DNA from: Candidatus Woesearchaeota archaeon
GTDB lineage: Archaea; Nanobdellota; Nanobdellia; Woesearchaeales; WJKL01
Assembly: GCA_036481345.1 (NCBI GenBank)
Contig: JAZGHU010000037.1
Location: forward strand, 1-43,391
DNA: 43,391 bases
Direction: 5' to 3'
Below are positions 24,491 to 36,300 of the stretch, in pieces. The notes beneath the pieces are model-generated. The model made no database searches. It saw nothing but the letters and a program-made list of their open reading frames with translations, and had not been told where the DNA came from. Every line of letters starts with the position of its first letter. Within the stretch, counting starts at the first letter, position 1. The position numbers were made by a program, and so were the translations under genes.

Positions 24491-27388
24491 TTAGGAAAGC
24501 GCTTCTATCAATTTCTTTTGTAATGCCTTTTTCTCTTCTTCAACTCTAGTTCTCTCTGCTGCAATAATCTGTTTTGTCTGCTCTTCCATCTTCTTTTTTC
24601 TTTGCACAGCTTCTTCCATCTTCTGCGCCAATATCTTCTTTGCTTTTACTAACTCTCCATTTTCTTTTATAACATGTCCTAGCTTTTCTTCAGCATTTAC
24701 TTTTTCTTCAGCAATTGATTTCTCTGCCTGCTCTTTCTCTTTCCTTAATAGCTCTTCTAATTGTGTTCTTTCATTTGCAAGCAATTCTTCTGTCTGCTTT
24801 TTCTCTTTTTCAAGCATTTCCTCTACTCTTTCTTTTTCAGCATTGATCTCTTCTTCTGCTGTCTTTCTTTCCTTAAGGATATTTTTCTCAGCATCTAGCT
24901 TCTCTTTTCTTAATCTTCTTTGTTCTTCAGCCAATGCAATATTCTGGTTCTTAGCTCTTTCTAATCTTGCTTCTAATTGTTTTTTCAGGTTTTCAGCTTT
25001 CAATCTCTCTTTCTGAAGTGCTAATTCTGTTTTTGCTTTTTCAGCATTGATTGCTTTTTCAGCATTCAACAGTTTCTTATTCAGCTGTTCTTCTGTCTGT
25101 ATTTTTTCTTTTTCTAGTCCTGATTTTTCTTTTTCCAATCCTAATTTCTCTTGTTTAATCACTGCCAACTCTTCTTCTGCCTGTTTTTTGTACCCTTCTG
25201 TCCTCTGCAGTTCAAAATCCCTTGCATCAGTCTCTATCTTTAATTTGCTCAACTCACCAGTTAATTTATTTTTATATGATTCTAGTTTTTCTTTTTCAGC
25301 TTTGATATCCTGTTCTAATCTTTCTTTTTCCTGTCTTAATGATTCCTCTGTGTCTCTTTTTTCTTTTTCAATAGCATATTTCTCATCTCTTGCTCTTCTT
25401 AACTCCTCTTCAATCTGTTTTTTATAGTCATCTATCTTCTGCAGTTCAAAGTTTTTAGTGACATTCTCCTGCTGAACATCTCTTAGTTCTTCTGCTAGCT
25501 TGTTTTTATAATCTTCAATCCGCAATCTTTCTTCTATAATTGCTTTTCTAGCTGTTTCTTTTTCCTGTTTCAATAATTCTTCTGTCTGCTTTTTCTGTTC
25601 AAATAACATATGTTCAACTGCTTCCTGCTGCTGTGCAATATCTTCTTCAGCTCTTCTTCTCTCTCCTTCAATTTTGTTCTCTACATCTAATTTTTCTTGC
25701 TGCAATGATCTCTTTTCTCCTAACAATACATTATTTTGCTGCATAAATTGTTTTAATTCTGATTCCAGCTGTTTTTTGTAATCCTCTGCTCTTAATTTCT
25801 CTTCCTGGACAACCCTTTCTGTTTGTTCTTTTTCTTTTTCCAGCAATTCTTCTGTCTGCTCTTTCTCTTTCCTTAACAGCTCTACTAATTGGACTCTTTC
25901 ATTTACAAGCAATTCTTCTGTCTGCTTTTTCTCTTTTTCAAGCATTTCAGCTACTCTTTCTTTTTCAGCATTGATCTCCTCTTCTGCTTTCTTTCTTTCC
26001 TCAAGGATCTTTTTCTCAGCATCCAGCTTCTCTTCTCTTGTTTTTCTTTGCTCTGCTGAAATCAATTGTTTTGTTTTTTCTTGCTCTTCTTTGATCTGCT
26101 GTCCTGCCCTGTTTCTTTCTTCAACAAGATTGTTTCCAATCTCTAATTTCTCTTTTTCTAATCTATCTATCTCTTCAGCTAATCCTACTTTTTGATTTTC
26201 AATCTCATCTAATTTTGCCTGAGAATCTATCTGGATATTTTCTACATTGGCTTTTTCCTGTTCCAGAAGCAGCTCTGCCTTATCTACTTCCACTCGCATC
26301 AATCTCTCCATCTCTATCCTGTCTTTCCTAACTTCTTCCTGCATCTTTGCTCTTTCATCATCTATCTGCTTCATCTTTTTCTCAATCTCTTCTGTTAATT
26401 TCTTTTTCCCTGATTCTATTGTCCCTTTATGAGATTCGAGAAGAGTATTTGCAGTAGATTTTTCCTGTGCAGCTTCTATTTTTCTCTTTTCAGCAGAATT
26501 CATATGTTGCTGTACTTTTTCCTTGATCTCCTTGATCCTTGCCAGATCATTATCCATTGCAGCTTGTTTATCTTTTAAGCTCTGTTTTTCTCCTTCATAT
26601 ATCTGTATTGTCTTGTCTGCAATCTGCCTGAAGTTTTCTGTTTCCTGTGTCTGTTTATCTAGAGAAGTTTTTAATTCTCCATTCTTATTCTCTAAATTGC
26701 TGACAATTGACCTTAATCTTGCTGATTCTATCGCAACAGTTTTGTTGGAATCTTTGATGCCTTTATGCTCAATGTCTTTATTTTTCAGAAGCTTTTCATA
26801 TTCCTTCTTTTGCTGCTGAAGTTGTCTTGCTAATTGTATTGTATTATTTTTATGTGCTTTTTCTAATGCAATTTTCTCATTCTTGATTGCATTTAATTCC
26901 TCTTCCTTCTCCTTTTTATATTCCTCTGCTTGCATCAAGTATGAATGCTGAGCCTCATGCTCCTGTCTTACAATAACCAACTGCTTTGCAATCTTATCCT
27001 TGTATTGCCTTATCTTGGATGCCTCTAATTCAAGATTTTTTCTTGCTTTTTCAAGCATTGGCTTTTGTTTTCTTAGGTGATTTAATTCTATCAAGAGCTC
27101 TTTTTCATGCAATCTTTTATTTTCCAAAGCTTTTCTTCTGGTACTGCTTTTTCTCTTGTAATGCTGGGCTTTTCTCTGCGCTTTTCTAACAGCCTCTCTA
27201 TCAGAAGGCACTCTTCTAGGTATTTGTTTAGAGCTTACGCTAGGTTGAGGAGTTGGGATTGGTTTTTGTACCTGTTGTTTATCTGCTATCTTTGTTAACA
27301 AGTCTAGCTTCTTGTTGACATTTTGCTCTAACAAGTCTAGCTTTTGCTGTTCCTCCTTTATTGTTTTGTTTATGTCAAACAATCCCAT
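24491..27388 (-). CDS. 965-aa Glu/Lys-rich coiled-coil protein, no TM or signal peptide; internal duplications
   Basis: Heptad-like E/K/L/Q composition throughout. Pro-rich linker QKPIPTPQPS near the N-terminus. ATG lies 1 nt after the stop of the 3601-aa gene. Confidence 0.8.
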   Translation of the reverse strand: MGLFDINKTIKEEQQKLDLLEQNVNKKLDLLTKIADKQQVQKPIPTPQPSVSSKQIPRRVPSDREAVRKAQRKAQHYKRKSSTRRKALENKRLHEKELLIELNHLRKQKPMLEKARKNLELEASKIRQYKDKIAKQLVIVRQEHEAQHSYLMQAEEYKKEKEEELNAIKNEKIALEKAHKNNTIQLARQLQQQKKEYEKLLKNKDIEHKGIKDSNKTVAIESARLRSIVSNLENKNGELKTSLDKQTQETENFRQIADKTIQIYEGEKQSLKDKQAAMDNDLARIKEIKEKVQQHMNSAEKRKIEAAQEKSTANTLLESHKGTIESGKKKLTEEIEKKMKQIDDERAKMQEEVRKDRIEMERLMRVEVDKAELLLEQEKANVENIQIDSQAKLDEIENQKVGLAEEIDRLEKEKLEIGNNLVEERNRAGQQIKEEQEKTKQLISAEQRKTREEKLDAEKKILEERKKAEEEINAEKERVAEMLEKEKKQTEELLVNERVQLVELLRKEKEQTEELLEKEKEQTERVVQEEKLRAEDYKKQLESELKQFMQQNNVLLGEKRSLQQEKLDVENKIEGERRRAEEDIAQQQEAVEHMLFEQKKQTEELLKQEKETARKAIIEERLRIEDYKNKLAEELRDVQQENVTKNFELQKIDDYKKQIEEELRRARDEKYAIEKEKRDTEESLRQEKERLEQDIKAEKEKLESYKNKLTGELSKLKIETDARDFELQRTEGYKKQAEEELAVIKQEKLGLEKEKSGLEKEKIQTEEQLNKKLLNAEKAINAEKAKTELALQKERLKAENLKKQLEARLERAKNQNIALAEEQRRLRKEKLDAEKNILKERKTAEEEINAEKERVEEMLEKEKKQTEELLANERTQLEELLRKEKEQAEKSIAEEKVNAEEKLGHVIKENGELVKAKKILAQKMEEAVQRKKKMEEQTKQIIAAERTRVEEEKKALQKKLIEALS
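24728..24910 (-). repeat. Intragenic direct repeat, copy A (~183 bp)
   Basis: Roughly 90% identical by eye to 25857-26040, including a 43-nt exact run caagcaattcttctgtctgctttttctctttttcaagcatttc. Encodes LDAEKNILKERKTAEEEINAEKERVEEMLEKEKKQTEELL... Confidence 0.85.
25857..26040 (-). repeat. Intragenic direct repeat, copy B (~183 bp)
   Basis: Partner of 24728-24910. Encodes LDAEKKILEERKKAEEEINAEKERVAEMLEKEKKQTEELL... Confidence 0.85.
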
Positions 27389-27389
27389 T

Positions 27390-30300
27390 TTATGTTCCTC
27401 CTTTTTTTAGATAAACTTCATCTATCTTATCATCAATTTCTTGATTCATACGTTCAAGTTTTACTCTTCTTAATCTTAATCTTGCTAAGGCTGTGAGCTC
27501 ATATCCATAGTACGCGCCTGCACCAAGTAAACTCAAGACCAGGATAGCTAATATACTTACACCAATTCCTGTCCAAGGAATCTTGATATCTCCGATAGAG
27601 ATAACAGTGGCTCCTGTTGGTCCTACTACTGATATGATTGTTGCTGCATTTGCATAAGCATTTTTGATTAGATTTCTTGCATAATCAAATCTGCCAAATG
27701 CTATATTTTCTTCTGCTTTCTCAAGTGACTCTTTTAATTCATCAAGCAGTTCTTCTGCTTCTCCTGTTGCTAATCCTTCTTCTTTTAACTCGCTAATCTT
27801 ATTCTCTAATTGGATTACTTTATTTTCAAGTGTGATTACATCTTTTTTCAGATTAGCTGGAATCTGTTTTATTGCTATAATGCATCTTAACCAGCTTTCT
27901 CCAATGCCATCTCCATCGCAATCATAACCACAATCTACTATGCATTCCTGGAATCTTTCTTTTGTTTCAGTTGAACTGCATATGTTATCTCCACAAACAA
28001 CTTCTTCAGCAGCCCCAGTTCCTCCTGTTGATCCTCCTGTTGATCCTCCTTCATCTGATGGTGCAGTTACTTCAAAGCTTGATGTAGCATTGGCAGTAGC
28101 TGTTGGCCACACTATTTCAGAGGATAAATAATAAGTTCCTGTTCCACTAGGTGCTGTTAATGTTACACTTGTAGTTAATGATGAATTCCTGCCAACATAA
28201 ACAGTCCTTATATCAATATCATAGACAGTTCCGTCTGCATCCTTAATCGTTGTTGTCAGCCATCTGTCTTCAGCAATCTCTGGATTTTGATTGATCAACT
28301 CAATCTCTGCTGTAATAGTATTTCCTTGCTCTACTGAACTTGGAATGCTTGTAATAATAACATCAAATGGTCCTCCATAACCAGGGATTGTAATGCTTGG
28401 CTGATTAGAGTAGGATATATCTCCACTTGCTGAAGCCCTTGTCTTGACAAATGTCTCAGTATGTGTCTGAGGATTCTTCTGTATTATTATGTAAGCGCTT
28501 GTCTGCCATGACTCTCCTTCTGTCAGATTTATCTGTGTATCTAATTCAATATCAGTATCAGTAACTTCAATATCTTCTAAATCAATCTCTCCTGAATTAA
28601 CTACCTCAATCACAATCTGATAAGTTACATTTGTTGTTGTTTGATTCTGATAGATCAGGTTCTTGATCAAAGTCAATTGATTCAATGTTTCATTTTCTGG
28701 GATAACAATTAATGGCTGATTAGATTCAGCAAACAAACTATTATCATAAACAGCATCATAACCACTAACATTTGATTTATTTAGAGTAACAGTATAAGCA
28801 TCACTTCCTCTTGTATAAGTTAAGAGATAACTTCTAGTAACTGTTTCTGTTATTATATTGCCTAATTCCCATGTTTGACTAGCATCTTGGTCAGTCAAAT
28901 TAGTTGATTCTGAAGTTCCTCTTAAATTAGTCAATATATTAGAGATATTATACACAATTGTAGTATCATTTAAGCTTTGGACAGTTGGCAATTTATACAG
29001 AGTTAGCTCAGCTTCTTGGTTATCTGCTAACAAGAACATTGTGCTATTTGTAAATGTTCCACTATGATAATAAGTTTTTGAAGCATTAATTCTTACATCA
29101 TAATAATTAGGTCTTTGCATACCTTCTGTATTCATAGTGCAATTATAATATCCACCACCTAGATCAGTTGTATTAGTGCAGGTATAGGAGTATGTATCAT
29201 AGATAGGTTCAAAAGTTATTGTTGCTCCTCCTATTGCATTGCTTAATTCATCATAAACATAACCTTGGAAAGATATATCTAATCCTTCATAAAATATCAC
29301 AGGAGGTGCTTCATTAGGCAATAGCGAATAAGCACTTAATGTTCCATAAACAGTTGTTGTAATATTTATCTCAGTTGAAACACTTGTATCACTGTTTGAA
29401 GTTGCTGTTATATTAACAACATACTCTCCTACTGTATCATCATCTGTTACAGTAAGAGTTACATTTTGATTTTCATCAACTCCAAGACTTACTGAAGTCT
29501 GATTTAACACAGCTGTTGAAGCAGAGTTTATATTGTTCAGAGTTAAATTATAAGTATCTGCTCCTGTTCCCTCATTTGTTATTGTAATTGTATATACTGC
29601 ATTTACACTTCTGTCTGTATCTTGATCAGCTGGATATGTTACTGACACTCCTCTGGTGTCATTTACAATTATATTTCTTATTTCACTGAATGAACTGTTT
29701 TGATATGAATCTCCTGCTTTAACTTTCCAATAATTGTTTTGTAATTGGTTTGGAGTTAAGGTTAAGGTTGTCCAGTTGTAACTTGTTGCTGTTCCATTAT
29801 AGATCAGTGTTGTTGGATCTGCATTTGTGTCTCCATATACATAATAAGTAATTGTATCATTATCTAAATCACTTGATGTATACCACAATAACATTGTTGT
29901 TCCTGTAGTTGTTATGTTATCTGAAGGAGATAACAATGTAGGTGTAGCAGGAATATTATTTCCTAACTCATGAGTTTCAGGAGTTGTATTTACTGTTTCC
30001 ATGCTGTCATTACATACAATATACATTTCAATTGTATCAAGAGGAGTATATCCATCTGCTTCTGAGATTGTTGCTGTCTTTGTAGTTGTTCCAGTCATTG
30101 CCTTATTATCATAACCACCAGTCTCTCTATGATATAATATACAACTTATATTCTGGCTTGAATCAGCATCAGTTGGACTGACTGAGACATCAAAAGAATG
30201 TCCATTATAATCAACATAACTTAATGAGCCAATACTTATTAGATTATTAATGAAAACTTGAGTTGTTCTTACATCTTGAGTATTATTTGCTCCATCTACT

Positions 30301-33300
30301 GAATAATATTTCAGATAATTAGTTCCTCTTATATCAAACTGCACTGTATCCAGGTCATCAATCAGAGTTTCTGCTGAACATGTATTTGTGGTATCATTGC
30401 AATAATAAGTTGTGATTAGTGTTGCATTTGGAAGGTCTTCTTCATGTATTGTTACATCGTGTCCTGGCAGTTTTATATAACCATCATAATCATCATAGGT
30501 TGTTGGAACTGTCCAATCTACTCCAAAGCTTACATCAATATTCTGTCCAGTTGTCTGCTCATTTCCATATTGATCCTGGCATGAGATATAATAAGTAGTG
30601 CTTGCAACTTGTGCTACATCTCCAAGATTACAATTAATACTTCCATTTGAAACACTGCAATCATTACTCATGCTGCTATAAACTACATCTGATGTTCCCC
30701 ATCTGCACTGTGCTCCTGTTTCTGTTGTAGCTGCTAATATTGTTTGTGAATTATTTGATGTATCCCAATATGGCGCACTAGTATCACCATCTACAGATAC
30801 TATGTTTGAATCTGGAGCAGTTAAATCAATTGTAAAGCTTACACTTGTTGAATTCACATTTCCATAACTATCATTAGCCCATGCATAGATTGTATGTCCT
30901 CCTTCAGAGAAATTCCTATATAAAGATGAAGTGTAAGTCTCATTACCTGATCCACTATTAAACCAAACATCAGTTGCTCCTGCTGAAGATATATTAATCA
31001 ATACATTAACACCGTAAGTTGTAGCTTGCGGACTAATAATCCACATATCTGGAACACCATCATAATCACACACTAATGTCTGATTATCATAACTTCCATT
31101 ATCAATACTACAATCAGAACCTAATCCAGTAACTACACAACATGTTGCATAATTATTATCCACATAATAATTATTTAACCTGTCAGATGAATTACAGCTT
31201 GTGTTAGTTGGTCCTTGTATATCTTCAGTACAATAATCACAGCTAAATGTTTGATTAGCAGGAGGATTATTATCTGATTCTAATCCTGTTATAGCATAAC
31301 AATCATTTGTATCATTATACCATTGTGTTTTATTATCTGCTGTATTACAAGAAGTATTGATTGCTGTCCAGCTTGGTGTACAATAATCACAAGCAGAAGA
31401 TTGGTATTCCCAATAAGTATTATTATTTCCTGAATTCCATAAGTCTGAACCTAATCCAGTTACTGCATAACATGTGTTATAATTTTCATCATATTCTATT
31501 CTGCTTCTGTTTTGATCTTTTGTATCATTCAAATAACATGCACTTGAATCCTGCCAGCCTGTCCAAGTTGTGTTGACAACTGAATAACTGCAATAGTTGC
31601 ATCCAACTGCCTGATACTCATAATATGTTGAATTTGCTGCACAACTGTATAAATCATATTGTGTTAAATTTCTTTCCTGCTCTGTCGTATCATTAACTAA
31701 ACAAACGCTTGTATTATACCATGCTGTCCAAGATGTATTCAGATAGCTTGGACCCACTAATTGATATTCATAATAAGTAGTGTTTCCAATCTCTCCACAA
31801 CTATTATTATCATACTGAGTTCTTTCTCTACTCTGATTCATCTCATCTCCACTACAGCTTAGATTGCTCCAACTGCTCCAACTAGTGTTGATCATATTTG
31901 GTGTACAATAATCACAAGCAGCTGCTTGATATTCATAGTAAGTTGTATTTCCAACCTCTCCGCAATAATTATTATCATACTGTGTTAAATTCCTTTCTTG
32001 GTCTACTGTATCATTAACATAACACGCACTAGTATTATACCAAGAAGTCCATGATGTATTTGTTAAGCTTGGAGTACAGAAATCACAGAAACTTGTATTC
32101 TGGTATTCAACAAATGTTGAATTTGATGCACAACTATAATCATCATATTGAGTTAGGTTTCTTGTCTGATTCATTGTATCACTTGGCAGACAAGTAATAT
32201 TCAACCAGCTTGTCCATGAAGTATTCAGATAACTTGGACCTACTAATTGATATTCATAATAAGTTGTATTTCCAATCTCTCCACAACTATTATTATCATA
32301 TTGTGTTCTTTCTCTGCTTTGATTCATCTCATCTCCACTACAGCTTACATTACTCCAACCACTCCATGAAGTATTCACCATATTAGGAGTACAATAATCA
32401 CAACTTCCAGCTTGATATTCATAATAAGTTGTATTGCCAACCTCTCCACAACTATTTGAATCATATTGTGTTCTATTTCTTTCTTGATCTATTGTATCAT
32501 TCACATAACACGCACTAGTATTATACCAACTTGTCCATGAAGTATTTGTTAAAGATGGTGTACAATAATCACAGAATGTTACATTTTGGTATTCAATATA
32601 AGTTGTATTTCCAACCTCTCCGCAATAGTTCTGATCATACTGTGTTCTATTCCTGGTCTGGTTCATTGTATCACTCGGCAGACAGCTAATATTCAACCAT
32701 GATGTCCATGAAGTGTTTGCTAAACTAGGTGTACAATAATCACAGAAACTTACATTCTGATATTCATAATAAGTTGTATTTGCTGCACATGAATAATCAT
32801 CATACTGTGTTAAATTCCTAGTCTGGTTCATTGTATCTGATACTAAACAAGATATATTTAACCAACCACTCCAACTAGTATTCAGATAAGTTGGACCAAC
32901 TAATTGATATTCATAGAATGTACTATTGCCAATTTCTCCGCAACTATTATCATCATACTGAGTTAATTCTCTACTCTGGTTCATTTCATCTCCACTACAA
33001 GTTAGATTACTCCAACCACTCCATGAAGTATTTACCATATTTGGTGTACAATAATCACAAGCAGCTGCTTGATATTCGTAATAAGTTGTGTTGCTAACTT
33101 CTCCACAATAATTAGTATCATATTGTGTTAAGTTTCTAGTTTGATCAATTGTGTCATTTACATAACAAGCACTTGTATTATACCAACTTGTCCATGAAGT
33201 ATTTGTTAAAGATGGTGTACAATAATCACAGAAACTCACATTCTGATATTCAATATAAGTTGTATTAGATGCACAACTATATTCATCATATTGTGTTAAA

Positions 33301-36300
33301 TTTCTTGTCTGATTCATTGTATCGCTTGCTAGGCAGGAGATATTAAGCCATGAAGTCCAAGAAGTATTTTGATAATTTGGACCCACTAATTGATATTCAA
33401 AGAATGTTGTATTTGCTCCACCACATTCATTCTGGTCATATTGTGTTAAATTCCTGCTTTGATTCATTTGACTTCCAGCACAAGTGAAATTAATCCAAGC
33501 TGTCCAAGAAGTATTTGTTAGACTTACATTGCAAGGCGGCCCATGACTGATAGTCAAATTAGAACCTTTTGTAAAGTAAGAAGAGTAAGTATTGGTGCCA
33601 CTAATGTCTATTGCTCTTGCTCTTAAATCAATTCCTGTTTGCTCTGCCAGAGCAGTAGTATTCCAAGTAAAGGCAGCAGTCTCAGTATGATTTCCAATAT
33701 TACTCCAACCACTTCCACTAATAGTAATGAAAACATTTGTGTAATTTATTTCATCTGCAACTGAACCATTGTGGTCCATGTACCGGCCCATTATTCTTAG
33801 ATCCTGGTTTGCTTGAGTCTGCCATGCAGTTAGAATACTTGCATCTGTTGTAGATAATGAGAAATTATAATTTGTTGTATCAAGTCCAGTTCCTGTATAT
33901 GTTGCAGGCAGGCTGAAATTGCCTATTTCAATAAACTCGCTTCCATTGTACACTTCAAGCCATAAGTCAGGATCATTTGTTCCTTGGTCAACAGAAGCTG
34001 AAGGATTATAAGAATCAACTTCAACCTTTATAGTGATATTATTTATACTGTTCTGGTCTGAGGATACATCTGTATAATCTGTATAAGTTGTATTTGTTTC
34101 ATTTGAAGCTCCTCCTCCACCAGCAGATACTGTTATGTTGTCCAATGATGCATCACCTTGATAACCAGATGCATGCACATGCCTAAATCTAAGCCCATAA
34201 TCGTTTGCAGGGGATTGTGCGTCTAAATCAATAGTTACTTCTTTCCAATCAGAAGTCTCTGCTGTTTGATCTCCATCTTGACCTACCTGAGACCATAGTG
34301 AAGTCCAGCTACCAGAGGCATTCCATTCAAGGTATAGTGTTCCAAGCGCAGACCCATACATATGATACCAGAAAGTTATACTTGAATCACTACTATCTTT
34401 ATCCAAAACAAATGCTGATTCAGTACTACAATCTGTTCCTTCACATTCAGTTCCAGTAGAAGTTTCTGTAAAGATAAAATTATTACCGCCAGTTACAGTC
34501 CCACCAACCGAACCCCCAGAAGGACCAGTGGTACCAGAAGGGGTTGTAGCTGCACAAGTCCAAAAATTAGTATTATCAGAAGTCCAATTAAGGACATCAT
34601 TATTATAATTTGCACACGATTCATCGTCAAAATTTATTGTATATGTTGCGGCTTCACCAGCACCACCTTCTACTGCCATGCTCACATCAGTTCCATCACT
34701 AGCTGATGTTGAACTTGATAAACTTGCTTCAATCACATAAGTGATATTATCTCCATCAGCATCTGTTGAACCAGATGCATTCAGGTCCACAGAAGTATCA
34801 ACTGTAATATTGCAATTATTGCTTCCATCACAAGTTATGTTTGTTGGTGTTGTTGGAGCAGTGTTTGGGATCTGTTCAGCTCCAAAAGTTACTAAACTTC
34901 CTTGATTAACAACAATCTGATAAGTCATATTTGTCCAATCAGCAGAACGAGGGGTATCGGAAACACGAATTTCATCAAGATTACCTGTGAAGTATCCTGG
35001 ACCTGATGCTGCATTAGCTCCAATACCTAACCACCAATCACCGGGCCATTGTTTATCCTGTGTTGCACTATTTTGTTCTACACCATCAACATAACCCCTT
35101 ACTGTGTTATCTGCATTATCAAATGTCATCACCACGTGATACCAATTATTCAAACTGTATGTTGTTCCTAAACCCAGTGTATAATGTGAGCCACCATAAT
35201 AACCCACATTAATTGTATTTGTGCCTACAAATGACATTAAAACAGCGTGCCAACCTGATGATGGAGTTTGTTGCCCTTGTTCAGCAAATACTACACCAGC
35301 AGCAGTTGGATAAATCCATGCTTCTAATGTAAAACTTGCCGGTGTAGTAGTTATATCCCTATATATATAATCATTTGAGCCATCAAAATCCAAAGAACCA
35401 TCAACCTTTCCATCTTCTTGGTCGCCTGAAGTCATAGAACCAGCAGATGTAGCATTATTGTTATTTGTGCTATCTTTCATCTGTGGTGCAGTATCAGATG
35501 GATCTTCGTCCATGTGTTGAACCATCTTATAATTACTATCCCAAACACCAGCTGGATTTTCTCCTGAACTTACTGCTGTATCATTCTTATAATAAACAGA
35601 AATTACTGTTCCTGCAGAAGGAAGAGAAGGTATTCTTGCCCATATATGTGCACTACTTCCGTCCGAACTTTCTATCTCATAATCCATTAAACTTCCACCA
35701 TCTCCACAAGAAGCATTGTAGAATCTTAAATCAACATAATCTGGCTGCATATCTGAATCATATGTTAAATTGATATAGGCTGGGAAGTTTGTAAGTGTTG
35801 AAGTACCTGCATTGCCTATAGTTATATCCATACATCTGTCAAAGGTTGCATTTGCCCATTCTCCAAATCCAGGATCTTCTGGTGTTAAAGTAAATGTATA
35901 ATCTTGTCCAGGAACCAATCCAGTCTTGAATAATACCCAATCTCCAAAGCAAGTTTGTGTACTAAAGTTCCAATCTTTACATTTATACAATTCAGTTCCT
36001 TTTGCAGTTACTGTAACAGTTGCATTTGTAAAGTTAAGATTAGTTGGATCAATAGCATATACTTCTACATAATTAGTTCCTTCTTCAGGAACATCATCTA
36101 TCCTAATGTCATCAACAAAATCCTCATAAATTTCCATGTCTTTGTATTCAACAGATTTAACAGGATGTTTTTCTAATTTAACTTTAACATTATATTCTCC
36201 TTCTTCAACTAGTTTATTCTTTTCTCCTTTTACTTTTTTATCTTTGACCTCTTCAGTCAAACTATCTATTAATTCAATCTCTGCAACAATAGTAGTATCT

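Noticed and set aside
25047-27298. Several 60-126-aa plus-strand ORFs rich in Ser/Phe/Leu.
   Set aside because: They are antisense shadows of the E/K-rich coiled-coil gene.
31070-33536. Diversity-generating retroelement target (Asn-rich variable repeats).
   Set aside because: No reverse transcriptase, template repeat or accessory gene is present in the window. Variation between modules is not confined to adenine-encoded positions.
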